Assembly: GCA_964016885.1 (NCBI GenBank)
Contig: OZ024751.1
Coordinates: forward strand, 26,040,001 to 26,104,000
Direction: 5' to 3'
DNA length: 64,000 bases
Source of the DNA: Eledone cirrhosa
Lineage: Eukaryota
The position numbers and the translations under genes are program-made. The notes beneath the pieces were generated by a model that saw only the letters and a list, made by a program, of their open reading frames with translations, did no database searches and was not told the DNA's origin. Positions 40,248 to 53,400 of this stretch are shown here, one piece after another; positions within the stretch are counted from its first letter, which is position 1, and each line of letters starts with the position of its first letter.

Positions 40248-40632
40248 CAACAACAGTGTTACAGTGTAGTGACAACAACAACAGTGTTACAGTGTAGTGA
40301 CAACAACAACAGTGTTACAGTGTAGTAACAACAACAACAGCAGTGTTACAGTGCAGTGACAACAACAACAACAACAACAGCAGTGTTACAGTGTAGTGAC
40401 AACAACAACAACAGTGTTACAGAGTAGTGACAACAACAACAGTGTTACAGTGTAGTAACAACAACAGTGTTACAGTGTAGTAACAAGAACAACAGTGTTA
40501 CAGTGTAGTGACAACAACAACAACAACAGTGTTACAGTATAGTGACAACAACAACAGTGTTACAATGTACTAACAACAACAACAACAACAGTGTTACAGT
40601 GTAGTGACAACAACAACAGTGTAACAGTGTAG
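40248..40632. repeat. ~28-bp minisatellite with variable (AAC)n
   Basis: aacagtgttacagtgtagtgacaac. Confidence 0.92.
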
Positions 40633-42244
40633 TGGCTGTGATGGAATAACAACAGTGGTTACAACACCAGAAATAACAATAACATCAGCTACTGCAATAA
40701 ATAGAGTCTTTACTGAGTTTTATATAACTAAATGTTTGTATGTATTGATGGTATCACAATTTGAATGTAATAGAAGTGAGGCCAATTTAGATGTACTTTT
40801 CATTGATAAATAATGTCCGTTTGCAAACCAGCTTCTAAACCATGCAGCGATGCCTGCACTTAAGAGTAAATAAATAAATACTTCATAATTTATATTATAT
40901 TCAAATTTAAAATGACTTGCTAAGGTCCCACCCCCCTTCTGCCTTCCATAACAAGATATTCTCTTTGTAACTATTGTTGCTGATTTAAAATGTCAGCAGA
41001 AAATGAAATTTTTGTAAAATTAGTAAATTAGATCAATTTCTAAACATTGGGAGTGGGGTGGGGGCTATATGACATTACAAAATACAACAACAAAACAATC
41101 ATATTTTTCTCCTTCAATAGAAATCAATAAAGCAGCATATTTTGATCAATACATTGATGGCTGTATATTACTACACTCATCATTACTGCCACTCATCTAT
41201 TTTACATATTATTATTATTATTATTACTGTGATAATGGTGATAATGATGGTGGTGGCATTCATGGTGATCATGATTATCACCATGACGACTGATGGTGAT
41301 GATGGTGATGATGGTGACAACACTGATGATGATGATGATAGTGGTCATGATGATAGTGATGATGTCAGTAGTAGTGGTGGTGGTGGTGGTGATAGTGATG
41401 ATGGTTGTAGTGGTGGTAATGGTGGTGGTGGTGGTGGTGGTGGTGGTAATGGTGGTGGTGGTGGTAATGATGGTGGTGTTAATGGTAGTGGTGGTGCTGT
41501 ACTGGTGATGGCAGTGGTAGTAATGATAGTGATAGTGGTGGTGGTGGTGGTGGTAGTGATGATGGTGATAGTGGTGGTGGTGGTGATGATAGTGATAGTG
41601 GTGGTGGTCATGGTGGTGGTGGTGATAGTGGTGGTGGTGGTGATAGTGGCAGTGGTCGTGGTGATAGTGGTGGTGGTGGTGGTGATAGGGGTGGTGGTGG
41701 TGATAGTGGTGGTGGTGGCGGTGGTGGTCATGGTGGTGATAGTGGTGGTAGTGATAGTGGTGGTGGTGGTGGTGGTGGTGGTGATAGTGGTGATGGTGGT
41801 GATGGTGGTGGTGATGATGAAGATAGTCTACAGGTAGTGGTGGTGGTGATGATGAGAGTGGTGGTGGTAGTGCTGTACTGGTGATAGCAGTGGTAGTAAT
41901 GATGGTGATAGTGATGGTGGTGGTGGTGGTGATGATGATGATGATGATGATAGTCTACAGGTAGTGGTGGTGGTGATGGCTATGACTGTGATGTTGATGA
42001 CAACGATGGCAACGATGATGATGATTCTGATGGTGATAATGATGATGATATTGATGCTGATGGTGGTGATGGTGATGATGGTGATGATGGTGATGGTGGT
42101 GATGGTGACAACGATGACATCAGCAGTAATAACAACAACAATATTTTACACTAATAGTTCCAGACATTTCAGTGAATGTCTGCTGAAAATAAAATTAAGG
42201 AGAGCAATTCTCTGAAACAATAACACCTGTAACATCATAATCAC

Positions 42245-43660
42245 ATTGATCATCATCATCATCACCATCACCATCATCATCATCATCGCCATCACCATCA
42301 TCATTACCATCATCATCATCATCACCATCTTCATCATCATCACCATCATCACCATCTTCATCATCTGGCCGCCTCAATCAAAATCAACTCAACAATTGTT
42401 CCCCCACGTGGGTCTGTCGTTCATTGCCGTTGCCAAGTCCTGGATTTCAATACCAGAATCTCTGGAGATGACATTGGGGTAGGAGAGCTTGCACCCCTTG
42501 TTATTTGTGACTGTTTGCGGTTTCCAAAGCACTAATGGGGACACAACCTCAGAGGTGGCATGGTAACAGTGGGTAGCAAATCTTACTCTCCTTTTACGTA
42601 CATCGACAGATATGCGTGGGAGGCCGGCATATATCTCTCTCAAAGTCAGATGTCACCAGCTTATGTTCTGAATGCGTCAAAGTAGATGAGTGTAGGTGCC
42701 ATCAAAGCGTTTTCGTTGACTTCTCATCACCCAAAAAACTTCCCGAGAATATCACTTATTCCCATTTCTGCAAAAATCTACAACAAGCTAATCCTCAACT
42801 GGATAGTTCCGTATGTTGATCCAATCCTTCGGAACAATCAAAACAGTTTTAGGTGTGGCAGATCTACACTTGCACAGATGTTGGCCTTGAGAAGAGTAGT
42901 GGAAGAAACTCCAAGAGACAAATTGCTCTGGTTTTTGTTGACTTTAGAAAAGCTTTTCACAGCATAAACCGAGACATTCTGTTTAAAATTCTACCTTTGT
43001 ATGGTATCCCAGCAAGATACCATTGTGGAAGCAATTAAGGCTCAGTATCTCAACACAAGTGCCACTATTATCACCCCCTGATGGCCCCACAGAGTTCTTT
43101 GACATTTCAGCAGGAGTGTTACAGGGTGACACTGTTGCCCCATTTCTCTTTATCCTCGCACTAGACTACACCCTGAGAATCTCAATCGACAAAATCAATA
43201 ACAAAGGCATAACCATCAAACCCCGCATGAGCTCTAGGCACCCCTCTAAACATCTCACTGACCTTGACTTTGTCGATGACATTGCACTTCTTGCAGATTG
43301 CCTAGAAAATGCGCAACAACTTTTGACATCTCTCCAGGAAGCAGCCGCCCTTGTTGGCCTTCATCTCAACAAGGGTTAAACAGAGTACATATCAAACTGT
43401 ACAGGCAACAACATCAAAGCAATCAACGACAGTGATATCAAGCAAGTCAAGAATCTTAATTGAGTCCTGGATCATGGACTCTGGGAAGGATTTCGCCACC
43501 AGAAAGGCCCAAGCATGGTCAGCTTGCAACAAGATGGATCGAGTTTGGCGTTCAAATCTTTCCAACCACACCAAGATCAGACTCTTCCAAGGAACAATTC
43601 AACCAATCTTGCTATATGGAAGTGAAACATGGACGCTTTCATCCAAACAACAAAAGCGCT
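42245..43660. mobile_element. RTE-like LINE with 5' inversion
   Basis: RT on plus strand 42650-43655 (FVDFRKAF, GVLQGD, LDFVDDIAL, LLYGSETW); 3' end and (GAT)n tail on minus strand 42643-42245. Confidence 0.85.
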
Positions 43661-43825
43661 CAACTAATAACAAAACAACAACAATAATAATAACGCCAAC
43701 ACTAACTATGATGACAAACAATGACATCAACAGCAACAATAACAATGATGACAACATCAACAACAACAATGACAACAGCAAAACTAACAACAACAACAAC
43801 ACTAACAACAACAAGTATTACTTAC

Positions 43826-43875
43826 ATTGTCTGGGAATACATTCCAGGCCATATCAATAGCTTTCATCATAACAT
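43826..43875 (-). CDS. POMGNT1-like exon
   Basis: ctcttcag|...|gtaagt; NVMMKAIDMAWNVFPDN (cf. 'KASLTATFNLFPE'); phase 1/0. Confidence 0.85.
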
Positions 43876-44319
43876 CTGAAGAGATAAAAATAGATAGATA
43901 GATATATAGAGAGGTAGAGAGAGGGGTGGATAGATAGAGAGAGAAAGTGAGAGTGAGAGATAGAGAGAGTGATAGATAGATAGATAGATAAATAGATAGT
44001 TGGACAGATAGATAGATAGGTAGAGAGAGAGAGTGAGAGAGAGAGAGGAAGGAATGAAGGGAAAGAGAAGTAGAAAGGAAAGAAGGAAGAGAAAGAGGTA
44101 AGTAAGCAGAGATAGATAGATAGTTGATCAAGACAAAGACAGACAAACAGACATGCAGTAATACAGACACACAGGCAGCCATCATATATACATGATCGCT
44201 GCAACTCGATTTCAAGTAATGTCATCGCTTGATACTTAAACCTACATCACAAATGTGACTTTCTAGTCCTGCTAGGGTCTTGCCTATGGCCAGCAATACC
44301 ATGCAATGCATAAAATGTC

Positions 44320-45010
44320 ACATATCAAGCAATGCCTGTGCTTGAAGCTTTTTTAAGTGAGGAAAGGCTTTGCACAGGGCCAATCCCACTCTCTGAACAC
44401 TGAATACATACATACATACATACATACATACATACATACATACATACATACATACATACATACATACATAGATGATGATGGCTGCCCCCTCGTTATCGAG
44501 TATGGCCATTGTACGATATACCATTATTAATAATTATTAATTAATTCTATCGTGCAATGCTTGTGCGTGAAGATATTTTTTTAAAGTAAGGAAAGACTGT
44601 GCACTGAGCCAATCCCACTCTCTGAGAGAGCTAGCTATAACCTGAAAAGAAGAAAAGATCAACATCATCGGTAACTACTGAGCCACAGGATTTATATCGG
44701 AGTTATCCCAGTTTCCTGAGTTACCTTCTCCTAGAAGAATGCCCTGACAAAGGCTAGGGGTCCTTCACTCTCAGTGGTTTAACCCCGCAGTACATGTGTA
44801 TATCCATATTTACACACTTTCGGATGGCTGTTGACTCTTATGAGTTCTTCCGCCCTTTGTCAGGTTTTGTTTTTTGTCCTGCGGGGTGTCCAAAATCACC
44901 CTCCTCACCAAGTAAACTTGGTGGGGTTGCCGGTTTAGTCGCCAACGACCCGACCATGCGACAGGTTGTAGTGGGTTACATGTTACCCGTAGCACTTAAG
45001 AGTGACCCGA
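44320..45010 (-). mobile_element. Diverged copy of the RTE-derived short element
   Basis: homologous to 9156-9762. Confidence 0.75.
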
Positions 45011-45038
45011 CATAACATACATAGATACATATATAGAT

Positions 45039-45070
<32 letters not shown>

Positions 45071-45155
45071 TGAGAAAGAGACAGACAGACTGACAACAGA
45101 CAGAGAGAGAGAGACAGACAACAGACAGACAGACAGAAAGAGTGAGAAACAGACT

Positions 45156-45188
<33 letters not shown>

Positions 45189-45503
45189 TGAGAAAGAGAC
45201 AGACTGACAACAGACAGAGAGAGAGAGACAGACAACAGACAGACAGACAGACCGACCGACAGCAGACAGACAGACAGAAAGAGTGAGAAACAGACTGACA
45301 GACAGACAGACAGACAGACAGAAAGAGTGAGAAACAGACTGACAGACAGAACACAGACAGACAGACAGGCAGAGAGACAAACAAAGAGATACCCAAAGAT
45401 ATTTGTCTGATGTTCAGCCAGCATCAACCATAACACAGAACATAAGAATACATACATCTACACAGGTAAGATATTTAATTGAGAGTGGAGGGAGGTAACT
45501 TAC

Positions 45504-45597
45504 TTGTGTATTTAGTGCTGCTAGTCAGGGAACGATTCTGGAAGCCGAATAGTTCAGCCAATTCAGAGTATTCTGGAAATTTCTCATCCCAGCAGAC
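45504..45597 (-). CDS. POMGNT1-like exon
   Basis: ttcctag|...|gtaagt; VCWDEKFPEYSELAELFGFQNRSLTSSTKYT (cf. 'VFIDG..E..DVVALFG'); phase 0/1. Confidence 0.88.
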
Positions 45598-46310
45598 CTA
45601 GGAACAAATATAGGAAATTAAAATGGTGGTGGTGGTGATGGTGCCTGTGGTGATGGTGTTGCTGCTGCTTGTGTGATAGGAATAGTGGTAGTGGTAGTAG
45701 TAGCAGTAACACAGTTAGTTATTTTATTAAATTCTTGAATATTTTAAAATCATAGACAGAGTTTTTCAATAGAAATGTGGTAATTAAATTAATACATGGC
45801 ACACAAGACAACATTTTAAGCTTGAAAAAAATCTCTCATTTTGGGCCAGATGTATCTGGAACTTCTATTGATTGCTTCTCTTCCTCCACATGGGTCAGAC
45901 CTTTCTAGAACTTTTATTGATTGCTTCTGTTACCCCTGTTGGACCAGATCTATCTGGAACATCTTTTGACTGCTTCTGTTGCCGCTCTTGGGCCAGATCT
46001 TTGGGCCAGACCTATCTGCAGCTCCTTTTGGCTGCTTACCTTCCACATCTTGGGCCAGATGTATCTTGAACTCTGTTTGATTGTTTCTTCTCTTCCTCTT
46101 CTTGTGCCAGATCTACTTGGAATTCCTATTGGCTGCTTCTGTTCCTCTTGGACCAGACCCAGCTGGAACTGTTATTGTCTAACACAGAATTTCAAGTTAA
46201 TAAACTTGAGATCAACTTTGTATGTCATGTTGATTTGTAGTATGTTTCAATTCTCCAAGAAAATCAGTGAAATAAAATATTGTTTGGCACAAGGGGGTTA
46301 CATTGTTGAA

Positions 46311-46517
46311 GAAATATAGTTCCAACAGAGAGGGTTAGAGAAATATAGTTCCAACAGAGAGGGTTAGAGAAATATAGTTCCAACAGAGAGGGTTAGAGAA
46401 ATATAGTTCCAACAGAGAGGGTTAGAGAAATATAGTTCCAACAGAGAGGGTTAGAGAAATATAGTTCCAACAGAGAGGGTTAGAGAAATATAGCTTCAAC
46501 AGAGAGGATTAGAGAAA
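46311..46517. repeat. 29-bp tandem repeat ~7 copies
   Basis: aaatatagttccaacagagagggttagag. Confidence 0.95.
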
Positions 46518-47471
46518 ATCAATGAAATAAAAGAGAAAAATTGTTCTCTATTGTTTTTCACCTCATAAAATATGATTTTTTTTAGGAGGTGAATAACTAA
46601 ACTCATATGTTCACACCTTGTTTAGTTAAGTATGTGTGAATGTTTAAGAAGTATTTTTGTTGTTATAATTGAAAGATATATATGTACACACACACACACG
46701 TGTGTGTATATATATATGTGTGTGTGTGTATATATATATATACGCACATTTATATATAACCTTAGCTGTTAAATTCCCTATCATAGATAATAACAAAAGG
46801 ATCTCAAGTCTATGTTATTCACAAATTCAGACAAAACCATCCAAACATGTAAGACTAAACTAATCTATCATAGAAATATCAGACAAAACAAAGTAAGAAA
46901 CTAATCAAATCTTTCACAGCCCAAAAACAAATTTATATGACAATAATGAAACCTATAGTAATTAATAAGGCAATTTTTTGCTAAAAAGTCTATAAAATTT
47001 GAAAATGGCCTAGAAATGGCAGGAAAAACTTATTTTGATCAAAAATAACAAATTAATACTTTTTTATGTCTAAAAAGTCTAAACTTTATTATAAAGTCAA
47101 AATAAAGTCTAAAAATGTTTAAATATAAAATACTGATTAAAATCTTATTTAAAATACTAATAATTGTCAAATCTTTGCAATCAAAGAAAACATCTGAAAT
47201 CTTAGAGAAAGAAAATAAATTTTAAAAACAAGAAATAAAGCAATTAATAAAAGGAGTTGGTTAAAGAATTCTTTAAGGAATTAATAGAAATCTAACGAAA
47301 TGAAGCTGGTGAAAACTAGAATCAGTGGTGATATAGTTAATCTAAATTTATATACATATCACACACACTCATGAATATTGTTGCCAGTTCTGTTTCCCAA
47401 GGGAACTTTGGATGGCATTGGGCAGAATCTACAAGCAATAAAACCAGAAGAAATGGTAATATTTATACATA

Positions 47472-47532
<61 letters not shown>

Positions 47533-47740
47533 GAGAAAGAAAGAGAGAGATAGAGCATTTGGTAATCAAAAGAAGGAAAGTAGGGGTAAAAGCCAAACTC
47601 TCTATCTTCAATTTGGTATTCGTGCCAACCTTTACCTAAGGTCATGAATCTTGGGTAATGACAGAAAGAATACGATCATGAAATGGGGTATATATGGGAG
47701 TAATATATTATATTTTGACACCTTGTTCCTACTTTATTAA

Positions 47741-47900
47741 GTGGATTGGCAGTATCGGTAGAGGGTCAGACACCATGCTTTGCAGTATAGAGTTATGGCC
47801 CTTTATAATCTGAGTTCAAATCCCGCCGATGTTAACTTTGCCTTCCATCCTTACAGGGTCGGTAAAATAAAGTACCAGTCACGCACTGGGGTCAATTTAA
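47741..47900 (+). mobile_element. Nin-domain SINE
   Basis: same A/B box and core as 14227-14415. Confidence 0.85.
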
Positions 47901-48163
47901 TCCACAAACGAATTATAGGTACACTCCATCCTATGAGCTTCCAAACAGTTTCCATCTAACCAGTTTCACTCACAAAGCTTGGGTCAACTGAAGACAATTT
48001 TAAAAGGCACTTGTCTTAAAATGTCATGCAGTGGGATTGAACCTGAAGAGGTCAAATGAGGTTGAAGCATGTCTGAAGTTGTCACCATACTTCTAAACAT
48101 TTGATAGTTGATTGAAGTTAAAACAATAAAGAAGAAAAACAAATGCATCTTAAAATCCCTTAC

Positions 48164-48240
48164 CAAAACCATTTTGGGGTTTAAGCCACACTGCATGATA
48201 ATAGTTTGAAATGTATTCACCACTGCATTATGGTTAACAC
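48164..48240 (-). CDS. POMGNT1-like exon
   Basis: cttccag|...|gtaagg; GVNHNAVVNTFQTIIMQCGLNPKMVL (cf. 'AQGVSPQMITV'); phase 1/0. Confidence 0.87.
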
Positions 48241-48778
48241 CTGGAAGTATATGACATGAAAATCATTAATTTTTACAGGTAAATACCAAATTTCTATACA
48301 TATCTGTATACAACTATGCCTGAAGCTAAATCATAATTCTATTTCATTAATTTCTCTTTTCAAGATAAAGGATTATATATAGATCACCATCATCACCATC
48401 ACCATCATCACCATCATCAACACACTCGTCATCATCATCATCATCATAACCTTCTCTCTTCAGAGACTAGCAGCACAACCCAACACTGTGTTCACGATAT
48501 CATTAACTCTTTAACACCTAAGCTGGTTATATCCAGCCACAATTCCCTCACCTCTTTCTGTTCAAACCAGCTGTAACTGGTCACTCATAGATTCAATATA
48601 ATCTGAAATAATTATGTGAAGTAAAGCCTTTACCATGAAAATACAATAGTAAATATAGAGACTAAAGTAAATGCTAAATAATATATATAGACTAATGTAA
48701 ATACTAAACGGTTAAAAAGCTAAAATTGAGATATAAAAGTGTCAGGTACCTGATATAATAAAGTAGAAGTTAACTTAC

Positions 48779-48874
48779 CTGGTATAATAACGATAGGTGT
48801 TGAAAATATTTTATGTCCTTTGAAGTTGCTGTAGACTAGTGCCACAGGTTTGATAATGTCATCAACATGGCCGA
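48779..48874 (-). CDS. POMGNT1-like exon (start of GT13 catalytic domain)
   Basis: tatatag|...CCAG|gtaagt; GHVDDIIKPVALVYSNFKGHKIFSTPIVIIP; phase 1/1. Confidence 0.87.
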
Positions 48875-49897
48875 CTATATAAACAAATAATAGTGATAAT
48901 AATAATGGTTTCTGGTTTAGGCACATGTCTAACAATTTGGGGATGGGAAAGTCAATTAATTCAAACCAGTGTATTACTGGTACTATATTTTATTGAACCC
49001 GTAAGGATGGAAAGGCAAAGCTAATCTTGGCAAGAATTATGGCATTCCAAATAAATATACTTATTCCAATCTCAATATATCTCATCAGGGAATTATTCAA
49101 TTTTAATTTTAGATTTATAGAACTATGAAAATCAGAGTAGTTTTTTTTTAATTATAAAGATGGTGAGAGAGAGAAATGAATCCAAATATGTATTTACATG
49201 TAACAAACTAGACACAGAAATAGAACAAACAACCAACTAGTGACAAGTAAATAACCGCATAAATAAATAAAAACACACACACACCTGGATATAATGTATG
49301 CGCAAGCCAAGTATATAGCACACAACATACAAAAACAAGATGGTGTAGGACAGAACACAGAAGAGACACAAAACATTAATTTATAGCAATTAAGCTATAA
49401 CAAGTAGATATAGAATTTATGTGACATCAGGAAAAAGTGTGGTGCTTCTTATAGCACCAAAGTCTCGGGGGTGTAACAGGAAATGAAAAGAAGAAAAGGG
49501 AAAAAAGCAAGAAGAAAGTAATATATCATGTTATAAAAATATAAACCATTTAAATTAAGGGAGGAGAAGGGATAACATGTTCGTCACAGATTATTAATGA
49601 TAAACTTAGGAAAATTAACAGAGAGGACAAGACAACAATGCAGTAGAAAAGTTCAAAGGGTAAATGATGACAAATAAAACAAAACAAAGTAATGTTTTAC
49701 CCAGTATATTTCAATATATTTCAGGGTTAATATCCTCTTTTCAAATGTGGAGTTAAAACATTCCAAACAAAATGAATGATTGATGTATTCTTCCATCATC
49801 TGCCATTTTTCTACCACAGTGTACCAGTTTTTTGAAAATGATCAGTCATTTATTATCTCACAATGCTTCACATGAACTACACTAATATGTGTGTATA

Positions 49898-50060
49898 GTC
49901 GGTGAATTGGCAGAGTCGTTAGAACAATGGATAGAATACCTTGTGGTATTTGTTCCGGCTCTCTGCTCTCTCAGTTCAAATCCCATTAAGGTCAACTTTT
50001 GACTTTCATCCTTTCGAGGTCAATAAAAAAGTACCAGTCTAGTACTGGGGTCAATTCTTC
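49898..50060 (+). mobile_element. Nin-domain SINE (same variant as 32443-32600)
   Basis: shares gatagaataccttgtggtatttgttccggctctctgctctct with the copy at 32443. Confidence 0.85.
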
Positions 50061-50061
50061 T

Positions 50062-51487
50062 TCTATCAAGAGTTACAGGACCATCACACCCCTACCACTC
50101 TATCAGGTGTTACAAGACCATCACACCCCTACCACTCTATCAGGTGTTACAGGACCATGACACCCCTACCACTCTATCAGGTGTTACAGGACCATGACAC
50201 CCCTATGACTCTATCAAGAGTTACAGGACCATCACACCCCTACCACTCTATCAGGTGTTACAGGACCATCACACCCCTACCACTCTATCAGGTGTTACAG
50301 GACCATCACACCCCTACCACTCTATCAGGTGTTATGGGACCATCACACCCCTACCACTCTATCAGCTGTTACAGGACCATCACACCCCTACCACTCTATC
50401 AGGTGTTATAGGACCATCACACCCCTACCACTCTATCAGGTGTTACAGGACCATCACACCCCTACCACTCTATCAGGTGTTACAGGACCATCACACCCCT
50501 ACCACTCTATCAGGTGTTACAGGACCATCACACCCCTACCACTCTATCAGCTGTTACAGGACCATCACACTCCTACCACTCTATCAAGAGTTACAGGACC
50601 ATCACACCCCTACCACTCTATCAGGTGTTACAGGACCATCACACCCCTACCACTCTATCAGCTGTTACAGGACCATCACACTCCTACCACTCTATCAGGT
50701 GTTATGGGACCATCACACCCCTACCACTCTATCAAGAGTTACAGGACCATCACACCCCTACCACTCTATCAGGTGTTATGGGACCATCACACCCCTACCA
50801 CTCTATCAGCTGTTACAGGACCATCACACCCCTACCACTCTATCAGGTGTTACAGGACCATCACACCCCTACCACTCTATCAGCTGTTACAGGACCATCA
50901 CACCCCTACCACTCTATCAGCTGTTACAGGACCATCACACTCCTACCACTCTATCAAGAGTTACAGGACCATCACACCCCTACCACTCTATCAAGAGTTA
51001 CAGGACCATGACACCCCTACCACTCTATCAGCTGTTACAGGACCATGACACCCCTACCACTCTATCAAGAGTTACAGGACCATGACACCCCTACCACTCT
51101 ATCAGCTGTTACAGGACCATCACACCCCTACCACTCTATCAAGAGTTACAGGACCATGACACCCCTACCACTCTATCAGCTGTTACAGGACCATGACACC
51201 CCTATGACTCTATCAAGAGTTACAGGACCATCACACCCCTACCACTCTATCAGGTGTTACAGGACCATGACACCCCTACCACTCTATCAGCTGTTACAGG
51301 ACCATGACACCCCTACCACTCTATCAAGAGTTACAGGACCATCACACCCCTACCACTCTATCAGGTGTTACAGGACCATGACACCCCTACCACTCTATCA
51401 GCTGTTACAGGACCATGACACCCCTACCACTCTATCAAGAGTTACAGGACCATCACACCCCTACCACTCTATCAGGTGTTATGGGAT
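50062..51487. repeat. 37-bp minisatellite ~38 copies (same unit as 32741-33925)
   Basis: direct reading; extra variants aagagtt and cagctgtt. Confidence 0.97.
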
Positions 51488-51691
51488 CAAACATACAATA
51501 TGCATGTGCGTGCGTGTACAGTGAATGTCAAGGAAACTGGGAGTAACACCATCAAATGAGTCTCCAGGTTTGAAACAGACTTTTAGAAATTAGCAGCCAT
51601 GTTTACCTCAGTTTAGATAAATGCTAAATGTTAGTAGAAAATAATTACAGAATTCAAAACTATTACCCCAAATCTTCATGTAATAACTTAC

Positions 51692-51790
51692 TGTCGCAGA
51701 AATCCACATAACCTTCATATTTTACACAAAACTCTCGTCTGTTGTCATTTCTGTATGCCATTGGATCAGGTCTTACTTTTGTTCCTTGCA
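51692..51790 (-). CDS. POMGNT1-like exon (linker)
   Basis: tttcag|...|gtaagt; QGTKVRPDPMAYRNDNRREFCVKYEGYVDFCD resembles POMGNT1 'NRRRRRFCSKVEGYGSVC'; phase 1/1. Confidence 0.9.
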
Positions 51791-52370
51791 CTGAAATAAA
51801 ACATTATTATTATTAAAAAGCAATGCACTGGGTAATTGCTGGCCTTGTGCCAAAAGTAGAAACAATTATTATTATTAAAAAGCAATGGGTTGGTGCTATC
51901 TTTTGCAGTATTTAGTTACAATTTTCTTAGCTTTGAGTTCAAATCCAACCAAAGTCAACTTTGCATTTCTTCCTTCCCAAAGTCGATAAAAAATAAAGTA
52001 CCAGTTAAATACTGAGATTGATTTAATCAACTTTCTCCTGCCTACAAATTGCTGGCCTTATACCAATAATTATTATTATGTCCTCCCTCAGGATTGATCT
52101 TAATTCCTGGTTTGTCTAGAAACTGGACCACATCCAGTGGTCTTATAGTGGTAAATCCCATCGTAAAAGGAAAATACTTCTCTAAAGGAATGTAACTCAG
52201 ATGAATTTAGCTATTTTCTATGAATGCCAGGGTAAGTAGTGGGGTCTAGATAATTGACAAAAATAGCAATCAAGGCAGTGCCCCAGCATGGCCATGACCA
52301 CAGCCCAAAGACTGAAATCAGTAAAGGAGTAAGAAAGGTATAAGGTTTAAGTTGTTTAGTCATAACTTAC

Positions 52371-52440
52371 ATTTATATGGAACACAAGCAAATAACTGCA
52401 TACTGTTTGGCCAGCCACTGTCAGGTTTGGCATAGCTTAT
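52371..52440 (-). CDS. POMGNT1-like exon (end of stem domain)
   Basis: ttccag|...|gtaagt; ISYAKPDSGWPNSMQLFACVPYK; phase 0 in, 1 out. Confidence 0.85.
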
Positions 52441-52654
52441 CTGGAATGAGAAAATTAAAAACATTATCATCATCATCACCCACATCACCATCATCATCAA
52501 AATAATCATCACCATCATAATCATCATTTTCATCATCATAATAATAATCATTGTAATCATGGAGCAGATACAAACTATGCAATGTGGAAATGCCTAAACA
52601 GGCTAAGATCTGGTGCTGGACGTGCAAAAGTCACTTTTGTAAAAATGGGGATAT

Positions 52655-52870
52655 TTAACCCTTTAGCATTTAAATCAGCTATATTCGGCCAGAATTCTCT
52701 CACCTCATTCTGTTCAAACCGGCTGTAACTGGCTGTTCATACTTACATTAAGGTAGTGTTCTCAAAATAAATAACATCAAAATCTCATAGATTCAATATT
52801 ATGTGAGGTAAAGCTTTTACCATCAAAAGGCAATAGTATATATATAGTAATGTAAATGTTAAAGGGTTAA
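52655..52870. mobile_element. piggyBac-like MITE
   Basis: ttaaccctttagcattta ... taaatgttaaagggttaa. Confidence 0.78.
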
Positions 52871-52919
52871 AGGATGGGGATGTTGTGTGTGACTGCATCA
52901 TTGGAAATATATGGCGGAG

Positions 52920-53400
52920 TCATCATCATCATCATTTTACATCCGCTTTTCCCTGCTTGCAAGGGTGGGACAGCATCTCTCCACTTGTCACGGCCCTTCA
53001 TCATCTCTTCCGTGAGCTTCAACGATCTGAGGTCTGCTCTCACCACCTCTACCCATGTTTTTTGTGGTTTTCCTCTAAAGCGTCTTCCTTCTACTGGGAT
53101 TTTTTTACCCAGCGGTCATCCTCCATGTGAATCACATGTCCATACCATTGCAGTTTTCTCTCCTGCAGACTACAACTTATCCCTCTTATACACAGTTTCT
53201 CTCTAAACTCATCTATGCTTGGTCGTTCACGCACATTGACATTGTACATGTGATGTGCATGGAGGATGACCGCTGGATGAAGAAGTGCTAAGAAATCCCA
53301 GTGGAAGGAAGATGCAGTAGAGGAAGACCACGAAAAACATGTGCGGAACTCACAGAGGAGATGATGAGAGACCATGACGAATGGAGAGATGCTTGGTGGT
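52920..53400. mobile_element. Two RTE 3'-end fragments in opposite orientation
   Basis: minus strand: WYGHVIHMEDDRWVKK plus (TGA)n tail; plus strand: HVMCMEDDRWMKKC..RGRPRKT. Confidence 0.8.

Noticed and set aside
45835-46170. Degenerate ~45-bp repeats with short ORFs
   Set aside because: Old minisatellite; no recognisable protein; not needed for the exon chain, which is already phase-complete
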